DNA of 64,000 nt, from the NCBI GenBank assembly GCA_027923505.1, contig BROI01000016.1, positions 248,001 through 312,000 of the forward strand. The letters are read 5' to 3'. Positions 11,427 to 24,472 of this stretch are shown here, one piece after another. The stretch is from Mayamaea pseudoterrestris (lineage: Eukaryota). Made by a program: the position numbers and the translations under genes. The notes under the pieces are model-generated. The model made no database searches, was not told the origin of the DNA, and saw nothing but the letters and a program-made list of their open reading frames with translations. Positions within the stretch are counted from its first letter, which is position 1. Each line of letters begins with the position of its first letter.

Positions 11427-12315
11427 ATGTCGTCTGCTGTGGATTTGCTTCGGTCTCTCGTGTCCGATGCGGCTTCTCCTGCGTCCACTGAGGCCACGCC
11501 TTCTGGTGATCCCAATCGCGTCTTGGCGTTCGACGAGGCGGCGATTGAGTCTGAGTCGGCGCGACAAGGTAAGCACAAAGTTTCCGGGGGGGGGGAGCGT
11601 CTCCCTCGATGAGTAGAGTCGGTTTGATTGAGGTCATGGTGGACAGTGACGGCTATGCTGAAGGAATTTGCGGAGGCAAGGTTGGAGAGACTCGCTTCTG
11701 CTGTGACGAGAATTGCGTGACGAAGTGTCATTCAAAGAAACTGCGTTTTGATGAATCCATCAGTAACTTGGTGCACTTCTTCATTACTTCTACTCCCACT
11801 ACAGGCTCCTTCGCGACCGCCCTCGCCGCACCCTCTCTTCCCAAGGACCAGGCCAAAGCGACGTCCTTTACTCAGTTCTTCACATTCAAGCTCAACTTCA
11901 TGAGTGAGATGGGCGAGACCAAGGAGAGTTGGGAGCTCCTCGCTGGAATGATTCACCAAATGTGGACTGACTTTCACAAGGTGCGCGCGGAAGCAGCCCT
12001 GGTGAACTATGAGGCCGACGAAGATGAACAAACCATGTGGCGGTTACTTGTGGAGCATGATGCAGTCGCATCAGATTCCGGTTACTTGGAGAAGGATTTC
12101 AACCACGCGGTGTCAAGTGAGATTCACTCATTGAAACGGTGAGCTGTAAGTTTGCGGGTGCTTACGCAGAAGCTGGAGAAGGACTGTCAGTTTGCTGTCA
12201 AGACGGCAAACGAGGCCAAGAAGCTGGCTGAGAGAGGACAAGCTCGGGAACTGACGGCGAAAGCCAAGCGGGTTGCCTGGCTCTGGCGAGGCGGCGGCGG
12301 GAAGGGAGCCTTATA
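11427..12315 (+). pseudogene. Degenerate ORF with Cys/His knuckle and coiled coil; probable transposon ORF1
   Basis: CGGKVGETRFCCDENCVTKCH motif. Frame break at the G-run near 11586. An in-frame TGA at 12140 is followed by continued coiled-coil-like sequence (LTQKLEKDCQFAVKTANEAKKLAE) to TAA ~12315. Confidence 0.5.
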
Positions 12316-12719
12316 AGTGGGTTGGGGAGTATGTGGAAGGGCGCAACGCGCCGGACAGCAAGAGGTCGGGCGGCGAATGGGAATAGTTTGCAAGACTTTT
12401 CCTTTCTGGGGATGGGTGTCGGCTCAGGAAGGAGCGGGGAGGTGGTGTGATAGTGAGTTGAAGGTGGGCGGAGGACGTTTGAGGAAATGGAGCTGGCGCA
12501 GGTGAAGTGGTTAGAGCAGAGCGCTGGAGGATTGGCTAGCGAGACAGCAGGAGGCGGATGTCGTGTGCTTTGATAACATAAGACCTGGAGCTGCGATGCG
12601 TATGGAAGCCCGGAGTGGGAATTAGTTATCTGGTTTGGTTCCTACCTCGTGGCAATGTACCCCTAGGTTGGATTAGACAGTCATCTTATTAGGCACCTGA
12701 GTTGGGAGGCGTCACCAAC

Positions 12720-14012
12720 GTGAGTTCGTTTCATCCACTTGGCGACATGGAGTTTACGTATCGCCAAATTCCTCAGGAGGGGCGAAAACGTCGTTTCGTC
12801 GTTTCATCGTTTCAAACCCCCTCGAAACAACAAGTAACCCGGAAACCCTCCGTTTGAAACGACGAAACGACGGGGGTGCCGTCGTTTCATCGTTTCGTCG
12901 TTGTTTCAACGTTGTTTCATCAAATACACCACCATGGAGGCTGATCCCGCGGACCAAACTTACCAGAAACAACTAATAACGATATAGATGATATATTTGG
13001 AGCTTATTGCGCGTTTGAATGCTCTATAAAGCCTTGACAAGCGAGTGATGCGTCTTGACACTTCTTGCCGCAATGCAAGGCGACTGACAAGGCCTCCAAG
13101 GCAAGCCATGTTTCTGCAGGCAGGTTCCATCCAGCGCTCATGCAACTGCTTTATTGGCCTCCGTACGTATCATACTAGCACTAAAGTAAGTGCAAAGACA
13201 AGCACACGTTGATCCCTTTTGCGTGTTGCTCCAGTGAGGTTGGCACGGAACGGTCGGCATGGCACGGTCACGGTCTTTACGCTCACATGCCATCAAATAT
13301 CCTCCGTTTCGAGCAGGGCAGAAGCAAGTCAAGGGTCGTATTAATCAAGCGTGATTCTTGCCTCTGACGAGAACCAGCAAGACTAGTCACATTCTTGTCC
13401 ATTCATCCATCATGCATTCCTTCGCTTTGAAGTCAACTCACTGCACAAAAAGCAAGAGGCATTCCCAGCTCATGTTTCTTCTCTGCTGGATAGCGCTATT
13501 GCGAAATTGCTCAAACTAGTGGATGAAAGGGTCTCAAGTGCTTAAGTGTTGGCGACAAGGAAATGCTCGCTTTGCCGACATCAAGCTTGCGGGTTTTTTA
13601 AATGAATTTACGAGTAATTAAACAAGCTTTTTCAATATATATCAGTTAAGTTAATGTAATTTACTCCTGCTGATGTAACATCCAATGTCATATGGCAAGT
13701 AACAACAACGAAACCCCAACAAAACGCGTTCGTCTAGCATCAACTTGTATGGTGTCCGCCACGGGAACAAGAAAGAATGAAGCCGTCGCACTTTCGCTAT
13801 GCAATCCCAAGCACTATAGAGAAGCCACCTGGTGCAATGAAATGATGATAGCTCTATCAAGAAGCAAGATATGCACTGGTGGGCGGGACCATTACATGTC
13901 ACTTTTGATCGTGCGTTTTCAGTCCCAGGACTTGAAAAGGGTTAAGTGATGCTGACGTGTAATGACGTTTTGTGTTGAACCAATGAAACGACGAAACGAC
14001 CGCTAAACTCAC
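12720..14012. mobile_element. Probable non-autonomous or decayed TIR DNA transposon
   Basis: Ends GTGAGTT (12720) and AACTCAC (14006-14012) are inverted. Clusters of GTTTCGTC/GTTTCATC motifs at 12789-12920 and their complement GAAACGACGAAACGAC at 13985-14000. Confidence 0.5.
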
Positions 14013-14020
14013 TTGCTCGC

Positions 14021-14265
14021 TGATATCCACGTTCCCGCTTCTTATTCAACTGGGAGTAATCCTAGATATATAGCTGTAGGCTTTATAGGCTTATTGTTTG
14101 GTATAAAATATAAGGTCTAAGGCATGCTTTTAGTTTAAAGGTACAAAGAAAGATGAGCGAATCGTGATCGCGAGTGAGGTCCAGCCAGTGGTGCCTGTTG
14201 ACTGACGCGGCAAAGCCCATAACCGAATCACAGGAAATTAGTGTGCTCCCAGACATGTTCCAACA
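14021..14265 (-). repeat. 3' LTR of minus-strand copia (outer TGT missing, several deletions)
   Basis: TGATATCCACGTTCCCGCTTC...ACATGTTCCAACA aligns to 21216-21480. Confidence 0.9.
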
Positions 14266-17200
14266 CCTGGCGATCATGAAGCCAAGAAAAGGGAGGTTCG
14301 GAATAGATCCGTGTTGACGAACGAGATAACGAGGAAGGGTCCCGTGAGTCACGGAGCTTACTTGAGGACTGGACGGTCGGGTGGTGTGGAAGGACCCATC
14401 CGAAAGTGTTTTGTGAGTTGATCGGCTGGATTGATAACGCCGATAAGCGCATCACAACGGGGGGCGCGTCATTCCGATTGCGTAAGTACTGAACATCGAT
14501 ATGCCGAGAGCGAACGGTAGGACAATTCGTTATTGACATGGCGATTCGGGTTTGATTATCCTCATAGAGCAGAGAAAGGTAGCAGGGCGGGAAACCAAGA
14601 TCCTAGAACGGAGCGTAAGTACTTGGCGGTTTTGGCAGCGTGAACGGCAGCGATAAAACTCCGGGCTTCTGTGGAAGACGTTGCAACAGTAGCTTGGAGT
14701 TTGGACTTGTAGGCAATAGGCCGGCAGAAGCTGAACCAGTAACCAGTAACCGAGGGGGGTGGTGAACTCGGTCGCATGGGCAGCGCCGACAAAACGACTA
14801 GTTCGAGGAGCCTCGCAGGAAACGCGGGGCAACAGGACGAAACGGGATCGGAGGTGGGAACAGTTGTGCCACAGCAGGAAGGATTTTGCGGGAGGTGCAG
14901 GCCGCCAGTACATGATTCCCCAAGTTGGTGCCACGAGATAGCGGCAGACGTTCTTCAATGCCGTAAAGTGTTCATCAGGATGACGGGTGAAATGTGAGGG
15001 AAGGTAACAGCGTATCCAATGTCAGGACGGATATGACGTAGGCGTAGGGTAAGTCGCTAAGCCAACTGGGGTAGGCAAATTTCCGGTGTCCTCAATGAGC
15101 TTCGTGGGTCTTTGTGGACTGTCAACTTGTCTAATTTGGCGGCAACGCCCGTGTTAACGTACTGTCATAGTGCTGGACGAGGGTTCGACCAACCACACGT
15201 GGAATATCCTATCCAGGTAGGACTCCCAATGGAGTTTAATAGTCATCGGTTTGCATCACGTCCACACCGCTATAGCGGGTGACAATGCCGCATCTAGGAA
15301 TTTCGTCGCTAATCCTCTTGCGGAGACGAATTCGCTGATGGGTAATCAGGATATCAGCGGTCTCGGAATGCTCTGATGCAACAGCAAAATCAACCATTGG
15401 CGGCATATAATCACATCTTCGCCGTTGGTAGTACTTCGGAAGATTGCGCCAGGGTCGTCGATTTCCAGCCGAAGTTTCCTAAGGATACCGACAATCATTC
15501 GTTCTATAGGCGACCAGCCTCAGGGTGGTTTGGAAAGCTGAGCAAGGGAACCACTGAGTCGATCAATATTCGCCCAGCAATGTTAAACCAGGGAGCGACA
15601 TGCGGTCGTTTATGCGCAAGTAGCATTGTTCAGGGCGGGAGGATGTGGTGTCCGCTATTACACATGCGGCTGCAAGGGCAAAAGAAGAGGCGCGGATGGT
15701 CATTCAAAGGATGGTACGCTTCGCAAATTGACGACAGCATGGGGCAGAGCGCTTTGATGCGATGATGAACGCGTGGGGCCGTTCCTTCACATAAAGGAAA
15801 ACCACGGTTGGCTTCCCGCCTAGGCATCGGAGTGCCATCGAGGCCGAGGGTGCTGTCTTTGTAGTTGATTTAACTGCTTGTCTGAGCCGCATCCCATTCA
15901 GACCAGTTGGACAATCGTCGCGGGCTGGAGTTCAGGTTAGTGTCGCCGTACGCGGTGGAGTGGTAGATTGAGAAGTGGGGGAGGAGGGTTATTTTGAAGT
16001 GCGTAGCGAGTAGATTACTGTGAAGCTCACATGGGAGGCGGGGTCGGGGGTTGATATGCTGAGGTGTCCCTCCCCTCAACAGAATAAGAGGGATGGGGCG
16101 AATGTCCGCGAGGCGGAGATGGAGAGGCGCTGCTCACAAAGAGAATGATCGTAGACGCAAAGGGGGAGGTCGAGAGTTACTTCGAATGAGAGCGTGTGCA
16201 AGGCAGAATTGAGGGATGTCGCTGCAGTATACACAGGGAGTGCCGCTGATGGCAGCAACGTAGAGCCAACAAATTTCTTGTGAAAAGCAGGAAAGCTACG
16301 AAAGTGGGCGTAGGCAGCGAGTGAAACTCGACACGAGGGGCCGACAAAGTACTCAAGTCACACGAAGGGTGAAACGTGTGGCATTATGGGTATGTAGAAC
16401 ATTGGGGAGAAACGTCAGGTAAGGGATTGCTCTAAGTCGAAGTAGAGGGTGATTATCTGCCTGATCCCCGGTGTCATCGGGATTGTACGAGACGGCGCAT
16501 TGGGAGGTTTAATGAAACGGCAAAATCATTGAAAGACTCGGCCAAACGACATGCTGGTAAGTCTTGGATTTGCCCATTGGCAAGGTCCAGGTATAGGCAT
16601 TCTGTTGTCCGTGTATCCCAGGAAAACACCAGTCTTCGCTGAGGGTTTTGGCGGAACGGCCATGACTAGAGGGCATACAGACGGCAGCCAAACGTCTTGA
16701 AATTGAGACATGTCGGGTTGATGACGACGCGACAGTTCGAACGGGTTGTGGTCATCCCCACGTTAGTGGATTGAAGACGGGAGGAAATGAGTAGAGCATA
16801 GGGCCAGTACTTTGGTTCTGCCTGGCACCTATCAAGGAAGAGCGGACGCGGGGCGATCGCGCGATGAGGACGCTCAACCGGGGTTGGTGCGAGAGTCGGG
16901 AGTCTCAAGAGGAGCCAAAGTGAGAGGGCGCAGTGGGCGAAGTCGCCGCCGCGGTCGAAGAAGACGACGAATCACAGGATGTGAGCAGAGGAATTCAGAA
17001 AGATACGCCAAGGAGGCGTTAGTGAAAAGACGAGAAAAAAGAGCTTCAGAGAAATGGTCTTCCACCAGGCAGTAGCACGTTTCACCGTTGACGCCAGTAA
17101 GATCGCGAACGCGCCAGAGTTAGTGGACTTTTTGTACCATGAAATGAAATCGACCGAGAGCCCTTGAAATGGGACTGTAGCGTCATGAATCACTATGACT

Positions 17201-20200
17201 GCAAGTAACAGTGAGCTACTATGTAGCAGGACAGCTATCACTGAAGTGAGACTGGATGCAAGGCACAATAGTTACAAACAGATATAGGGAGAGCTGCAGA
17301 GTTAGTTAAGGTGGTCAAGTGATAATGGTAATGATCGCTGCACAAGAGGTAATCATGTGGTGCAATAAACAATGTAGCAGCTTTGCACCTGGGCACACTG
17401 CCCAGCTTGGCAGCAGATAAATAGTCTCAGTGGAGCTAAAAGTTGGATACTTGACTGCGTCCAGTAAAGCAACAAAGTGCAATGCACAAAAATGGAGGGT
17501 AAACAAAGCAATAAAGTTAGTAAAAAGTGTAAAAGCAGGTGTAAACGCAGGAACACAGGTCAAGAAAGGTTTAATAAGCGCTGTGGCAGATTGAAATCTT
17601 ACAAACACTCCATACGAGGTTGAAGCTGCCCATAACAGGTAATACTAATGTGCAATTTAAGGATTCTTAATATAGGAGAAGATGTCATACCTGAGTACGC
17701 GACGCAGCGCTACGCAGGTAGATAATAGCTACAGAGCGCGAGTGAACCGCACCGCGTCCGCAGGCGAATGAGTAGTGATGGACCAGGATGGGCCGCGTCA
17801 GGAATGTTTTCCGTTCCGAGGCAAGGAGAATTGGACGAAGGTAGACAACATCATCAGGGGCAAAGGGAAACGATGAAGCGGGGAATATCCCGTGTAGCTT
17901 GTTGTAAATGCACGTCCAGGCCAATTGTTGTCGTGAGGATCTCCATCTCGCATATCACTTGCTTGATCCGGGTATCGAGTCGATCGGAGTGCGCGCTCGC
18001 AGCCGCGAATTGGGGCTGAGAGGAGGTGTAGTGCGTAGGGTATTTCCGACGAAAAAAGGGACGGCAGGATATCAAGAAGGTCGGAAAGGGAATCTGGGAA
18101 GGAGGTCAATGAGAAGGTGTGGGCCCTCGAAGGAGGGAGGAAGAAGAAAGGTGGAGGCGCACAAAAGGAGGGACGGGTGTGTGAAGGGTAGAGGATGGGA
18201 CAAAACCCTTCGAGGGAGACCGGACAGACGAGAGGAACAATTCGCCCGATTTTGAAACGGGGTAATATCAAAACCGTCACATTGAGAGAGTGCGGGCTAC
18301 CGAAAATGAGGGGGCGGAAGGTAGGGGCGGGTGAGGCCAAAGGAGAGCATCCAATTGGGGTTAAGGTAGAGATAGACCCGGGAGAGCAGTCGCGTGCAAA
18401 GGGCACAACAAGAGGGCAGTTGGCGGAGGAGGAGATCCTCAAGGCACCAGCGCAAGGAGAAAGTTGGTCGCGACAAGAGGTGAACAGTACACCAAAGGAG
18501 GGAAGAGGAGAGTGTGTCCGAGGAATCGGAGTGGTCGGTAAAGCGAACTTGATGAGCGTTGTAGAGAGTCGCTGGGGGAGGACTGGGAGGGAGCACAGGG
18601 TTAACAGAGGCCCGAGGAGTCGCAAACAGAGGCCGTAGTGTGAGATCACCGAGAATATATGGTGTTGGTGAGGGCGGCAGATTGAAACTGATGGAAGGCA
18701 AGGTCCAGGCGAAGGGGAGGCAGGAGGAGGTGCAAACGAGTGTGATGGTAGAACGAGGAGATCGCGAAAACGCCAAAACGCGATCGGAGAGAATGGTAAG
18801 TCCAAGAAGCTTTTGTTGGCGTAGCTATCCATGCGCAGAGATAGGCAATTGACAGATTGGGCAGCCACAGAGGCGTCAGGAGCTCGGGACGTTCGCGCAG
18901 GCGACTGTTGGCTTCGACCCCGAGAAGATACAGAGCATGGTAGCCATTGGTAGCCGTTTCAACACAACTGCGAAGGCGGACCGGAGTCTTCTCGCTGTTC
19001 AGCCCAGTTTTGGGGTTCTTGAGATACATCAGAAGATGCGTCTGCCAAATGGTCTCGGTGTAACCATGTTGGTGAATATTCAAGTACTTGCCCCAGGCAC
19101 CAAGGTCGTCGTCAACAATCATGGTATGAAGCGGAGGAATGAAGAATCCATGAGCTTGCCCGAAAAGGGCAAGGTGATTATACCAGAGGATTAGTGACGC
19201 TTCGACAGAGGCAGGTGTGGCGGGCGTAGGCGGCGGGACGTAAACAGGCATGGAGCTGTTCTTTGCAAACTTGGCGAGCATCTCAGCCGTGGCCAGGCGA
19301 CTGTGATCGGTAAGAGCAGCCGGCATGCGACGATCCATGAGAGGAATATGATAAGGATCGGGTAGATGGGAATCGGGTCCTTGGACGAGAGGCGGAGCAG
19401 AAAGCGAGCCAGTGCGGGAAACGCTGCGTCTCTTCGTCGAGGGTAAGATCCTCTGGGGACGGATACTGATGTATTCCCCAACCAGAGATACATGGCGCTG
19501 CGGAGGATTGCGCTGACGCTCCTCGAGTACTTCTTCACGGGCGTAGGAGCGATGGACGTTGTCGGTACCGGCATTCGTGAGCGGGTCCCATAGGATCTGT
19601 CGCCCAGACGGGCGGGTGATTCGTAGCGCTGGGTGTGCAACACCGAGTTTGCCGGTTGCGCGCCAAGAAGGAACCTGGTTCCTCAGTTGGAGAAGATCGC
19701 GACGCGAGGACTGATAGAACGGAGAGGCAGAGGTGGCCACTTGCAGTGCTTTAAGGATGTCGCCGGACGGAAAGAGAAACTGAACACACGATCCCCGTCT
19801 TGACGCGCGCGAGGGTACTGCACTGCGAAAGCTTCTTGAGAAGCAGCGAGTAGCATTGAAGACTCCGTACTTGTTCTTGGTCGCACTGTCAGCGAACGCC
19901 AACGGCAGCGCTTTGACGAGGCAAGCGTGTCGAAAAATCGACAGAAGGCGATTCGCTCTGCCACGATGTCGAGAGGCCGATCAAAGCGACCAGCTGGTTG
20001 CGGATGCTGGAGATGGTTGGTGCGCCAGTCGCGGCGGAACTGCCCGATGCATCAAGTAAATCGTCTAGCCCGATTGTTTCGAGGTGAGCGTCGAGCGACT
20101 AGATCGATGGCTGTATCGAAAAGGCGAAACCCAATCTCAGTGTTGGTCAGGTCAAAAACGTCTGATCGCTCGCTACTTCCGGCGTCGCTGTCGGTGCAAC

Positions 20201-21212
20201 CGTCGTCGCCAGGTTCGAGGGCAGAGTAGGTGCGGTCCGCACCATCGGAAGCAGTACCGGCGGCGGCCTTGTTGAGAGCAAGCTGCTCGGCCATGGCTTG
20301 ATCGTCTAGGACGGCTTGTGCGGCGGCGGAGAGCTTCTTGGATCGTCTCTTGATCGCTTTCTTCGATGCCTTCGATATGATAGTGCCAGGAGTAGGAGTG
20401 ATAGCTGCTGGAATGATCGCTGTCGTGGTGGGTGTTGCTGCTGCGGCAGGACTCGGACCAGCGGCTGGCTGAGGCGGCGCGGGTTTAGGAGTGGCGTCCG
20501 CGGCCGCCGGCGGTTTCTTCGCCGTCTTGTTGCGTCCTGCTACTTGAATGAAGGCTTCATCCGAGTCAGCAAGGATAAAGGCTCGTATCGTCTCGAGCGT
20601 CTTCCCAATCTCGGCAGCCGCTGCCTTGGCGGATTCCTCGAAGCTCACGGCAGCCGCATACTCCGCGGCTTTGCCGGCGAGGCGAGCCTGGAACGGATCA
20701 AATGTTTCAGCGAGCTTCGCGCGCATGGTCGCATCCGTTTGAGATCCATGAACTGTTGGTACGAAGCTGCTCTCTCGTGCAGGGCATCTAGTTCGGCCTT
20801 GATGGACGCTGTCGTTGCGATGGCGACCTCAGCTTTCTCCTCCGCTTCTCCTACTTGCGCTAGGAGGGCTAAGTACTTCGGATCATCCGGCGCACTCATG
20901 GTAATGTTGGACACAGTGGTGTTGTAATTTGGGCTCGGTAACCTGTTAGAACAAGCTTGCACAGCTGTGAGCTTGGTCGGGTTGTCGCAGCGGAATGACT
21001 ATCACTGACGCTACTCAATGAATCCGTTTGCGGGTGCCGTTCGGATCAAAGGAGGACTGGCCTGCTACAATGACTCTACTTGACGGTTGATAGGCTGTAT
21101 TCCTTGCAGACCAACCGTTTCCAGTCAGCTTGTCCGTCTCCGGCCAATTATGCGGCAATTGCAACAGTCTGGTTCGTGGCCGATGGATCGGTAGGGCCAC
21201 TGGGTACTTGCC

Positions 21213-21480
21213 TGTTGATATCCACGTTCCCGCTTCTTATTCAACTGGGAGTAATCCTAGATATATAGCTGTAGGCTTTATAGGCTTATTGTTTGGTATA
21301 ACAATAGGTCTATGGCATGCTTTTAGTTTAAAGGGTACAAAGAAAGATGAGCGAATCGGTGATCGGGTGCATCGGTCCCGAGGTCCAGCCAGTGGTGCCC
21401 GTTGACTGACGCGGCAAAGCCCTCATAACCGAATCACCAAAGGGTAGCTAAATTAGTGTGCTCCCAGACATGTTCCAACA
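21213..21480 (-). repeat. 5' LTR of minus-strand copia (268 bp)
   Basis: Canonical TGTTG...CAACA termini. Confidence 0.92.
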
Positions 21481-21778
21481 GTGGTACATTTGGGTTGTAC
21501 AGGCCCTGGCATTAGCTAGATACATACTATTATACATCTGCTACTGTTTTGTTATATGGCTCAATGCACTTGTAATTCTCAGCCACCAGTAGTCCGTCGT
21601 TCCGCCTCGTAAGGACTGTAGCCAATGTCTCCATGTATTGCGACCCAGTAGCTAAACATGACTGTATTTAGTCGGCGACTGCGCTTTTCAAATTAAGTCA
21701 TGCTGCGACAACGGCGACGCTCCATCCATTGCGCGCCGCGGCACCATGACGAAACACGCCGCGTTCGCGACGTACCAT

Positions 21779-21802
21779 TCAATCAATCAATCAATCAATC
21801 AA
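21779..21802 (+). repeat. (TCAA)6 microsatellite
   Basis: Direct reading. Confidence 0.9.
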
Positions 21803-22043
21803 AAAGAGTATCAAAAGCCTCTCCATTGCATTAGCAAAAATACAAGAATAGAGCAATTACAGAAATCGTATTGATAACGAGCGCGCTCTATAGATAACAG
21901 CAGACAGGCAGTCGTTCCATTCGAATCGTTCCATTCAATTTCTTGCTGCAACAAACGCGAGACGAAGCATCAGCAAAGAGACAAACTATATACCGATAGT
22001 CAGTCCGAGACATTATTTTTAGCGTCTGCGTAATTTTGAAAGC

Positions 22044-23717
22044 ATGCAAAACCGACGGTGGGGCGACGACGAGTCCGACTCGGACGACGATGACGACGTG
22101 GTGAGGATTGCGGCCAACGCCTTGGAGCAGGTTGCAATAGACAATGGCGCTGACGACGAGGATGAAGACGACATAATTTTTGACACGAGAGGAAAGTCGC
22201 AGCAGCAGCAGCAGCAGCAGCGTCCGTCTTGGAACCATCGCAACGATTCAGGAGGCGGTTCGCAGCGAAACTACGATCAAGGAGGCGGCGGCGGACGAGG
22301 TTCACGACAAAATACTCGCAACGATCAAGGAAGAGGCGGCCGCAATGATAATTTTGGACGAGGCGGCGGTGGTCGCAGCAGTCAGAATGCGGATCATCAT
22401 GGCCGCGGCGGCCGAGGAGCAGCCGCACGAGGAGGTTTGCATAACAGCAATAGCGAGCCGCACTGGAAGCAGCTCGCTAAGGATCAGTCGACTCTACTAA
22501 AATCAAATACTACTGCAACTGCCGCATCGAAAGCAACGATTGACGGCTCCGCTTGGATGGCCAGTCGCCGCGCCAAGCAGCAGGAGCATTTGCAGGCGCA
22601 GCAAGAGTATAAAGCCCAACAGGAACAGTTGCACCAGCAGGAACTCGTAAACAAGCGCAAGTCGCAAACGGCGGCGCTCAAGGAAGCGGCGCTTCGCATC
22701 AAGGAGGAGCGACGAAAAGAGGAGGAGGAATTGAAGAAGAAGCAAGTGGTGGCGGCGGCGACAACCAACAAGAGTTCTCTGCAGAGTCAAGCGAGTGCGA
22801 CGCGCAACGACTTGTCTGTTGGCAAGGGCAAGGATCGTGCATTGTCGTCAAAGACAGGCATCGCGGTCGCTAAGCCATCAAAACCTGCAGCGCCAACCAA
22901 GATTTTGCAGCATGCGGATGGATCCGTCGTTCTTTCGCGCAAGTCCATGGAGCCGCCAGCAAAGAATGTCGCTTCTGCTGCTGCCAGTGATGTCAAGACG
23001 ACGACGAGTGACGCCACTGCAGCAGTAACACCTTCCACCAACGAGTCCACGACGAAATTGTCAGCCACATCGGCGCGGCCAGTCTCGTCATTGGCAGCAG
23101 CGGCAGCTGCATTGGAGCAGCGATCGTCATTCTCTGGTCGAGGACGGTATAACGGTAGTGGCAGGGACGGACGTGGTGGACGCGACTTTTCTGGCCGAGG
23201 TCAGAATGTTGCAGCAGCACTGTCAACGCCGGATGGTGGCGACGAGCAAAGCGCGACGAGTCACTCCAGTCGCACCTCGAGTCATACGTACAGTAAATGG
23301 GAACGGGTACCAATGAATCGAGGTGGCGGCGGTGATGATGCTGCTGGGCGAGGGAAACGAGGTGGACGCTCTGCAGGTCGTGGGCGTGGTCGTCATGATG
23401 TTGCGAGTGTCGCGCCGCCCAATGAGTCTACATCAAGGGTTGATGATGCAACGCCACCTCGCAACGAGTCCGAGCCTGATCTCACTGTGGAAGCTGCATC
23501 TGGCAGCTTCGGCTTTGGTACGGCGATAATAGACGTTCGCAAAGACTACTCTTTCGGGGGACGGGGGCGTGGCAGAGGACGAAGCGCTCGAAACCGAGGC
23601 GGACGGCATGGTGCCAAGAGTGACGAGTCTAGCAAGCAGCAGCAAACTTCGTCACCCAGCAATCCCAAGGCACATTCGACTCACGTGTTGATTGAAACGA
23701 ACGAGAACGGAGCGTGA
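22044..23717 (+). CDS. RGG/RG-rich, largely disordered protein with coiled coil (putative RNA-binding)
   Basis: 557-aa ORF with ATG start, several GRGG/GRGRGRG clusters, acidic N-terminus and a Q/E/K coiled coil. Confidence 0.75.
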   Translation: MQNRRWGDDESDSDDDDDVVRIAANALEQVAIDNGADDEDEDDIIFDTRGKSQQQQQQQRPSWNHRNDSGGGSQRNYDQGGGGGRGSRQNTRNDQGRGGRNDNFGRGGGGRSSQNADHHGRGGRGAAARGGLHNSNSEPHWKQLAKDQSTLLKSNTTATAASKATIDGSAWMASRRAKQQEHLQAQQEYKAQQEQLHQQELVNKRKSQTAALKEAALRIKEERRKEEEELKKKQVVAAATTNKSSLQSQASATRNDLSVGKGKDRALSSKTGIAVAKPSKPAAPTKILQHADGSVVLSRKSMEPPAKNVASAAASDVKTTTSDATAAVTPSTNESTTKLSATSARPVSSLAAAAAALEQRSSFSGRGRYNGSGRDGRGGRDFSGRGQNVAAALSTPDGGDEQSATSHSSRTSSHTYSKWERVPMNRGGGGDDAAGRGKRGGRSAGRGRGRHDVASVAPPNESTSRVDDATPPRNESEPDLTVEAASGSFGFGTAIIDVRKDYSFGGRGRGRGRSARNRGGRHGAKSDESSKQQQTSSPSNPKAHSTHVLIETNENGA

Positions 23718-24472
23718 TTTTGGCGAATGCGAGACTGACGGCGCGCGATTCTGACGAATGCGAAAAACGTTGCGAAATATGTGAATTGCTTTATTTCAAG
23801 TAGCATGTACTCTATGTGTTGATGTAAGCTTTGCTTAGTTACAGTGTCTTTAAGTAGTATCGTTATCAGCGAGCGCTGTCGCAAAACAATCGTCGATTTA
23901 GTTGCTTCGATGATTGCTCCGTCACAAGTCGAAAGCGTCGTGCCAATGGTGAATACTCTTCTTTGCTTGCAGTAGTAAGCGGCGGCGGCGCATGTGCAAA
24001 GGAGATGCGGCCATGGTGTGAGAGATGGATGATCTTTGTTCGGAACGGTGAGACGAAGAAGGAAAAAATGTCGCAGCGTTTCTGACGAGTTTCGCACGCA
24101 CGACTGAAAAGTGTCATTTTCCTGACTGACGTACACATACATGGCGCGGCCGCCGCGCCGAGTCTTGTAGAAACGAGTCGCGAAATGGTTCGACGAAACG
24201 ATGGAGGTGCACATGACCAACACTCGGTGCATTGTATTTCAAATAAAGCAATTGGAGACGAGAGAATAAGGAGTGTGAACAGCACAGAAAGCAAGGAGTA
24301 GAGCAGTAAGAAGCATTACTAGCAGCAGCAGCCTTAACGACAAGCAACGCGAGAAGAGCAGCAGCTGCAGCAGCAGCCTATCATTCAACGGCAGCAGCAG
24401 AAACAAAGGACTTTGAATTGGTCTCGCAGACTTTGCAGCACCTCCATTGACATCCATACCAGCAGTAACATC

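Larger units (their letters stand above)
14021..21480 (-). mobile_element. Degenerate Ty1/copia LTR retrotransposon (second family)
   Basis: LTR pair 14021-14265 and 21213-21480 (TGTTG...CAACA). Minus-strand fragments: gag (18646..19902, 20052..20962), integrase (PFQGLSVDF, PKYWPYAL, FKTFGCR, GVFLGY), RT/RH (KNVCRYL, AYKSKLQATVATSSTEA, RSRHIDVQY). Confidence 0.9.

Noticed and set aside
10811..14020. Fanzor/TnpB or intact transposase in the TE island
   Set aside because: No RuvC, DDE or long ORF is recognisable.
17798..18868. 356-aa Pro/Ser-rich ORF as a host gene
   Set aside because: It lies inside the degenerate copia and is an off-frame or mixed-frame read of gag.
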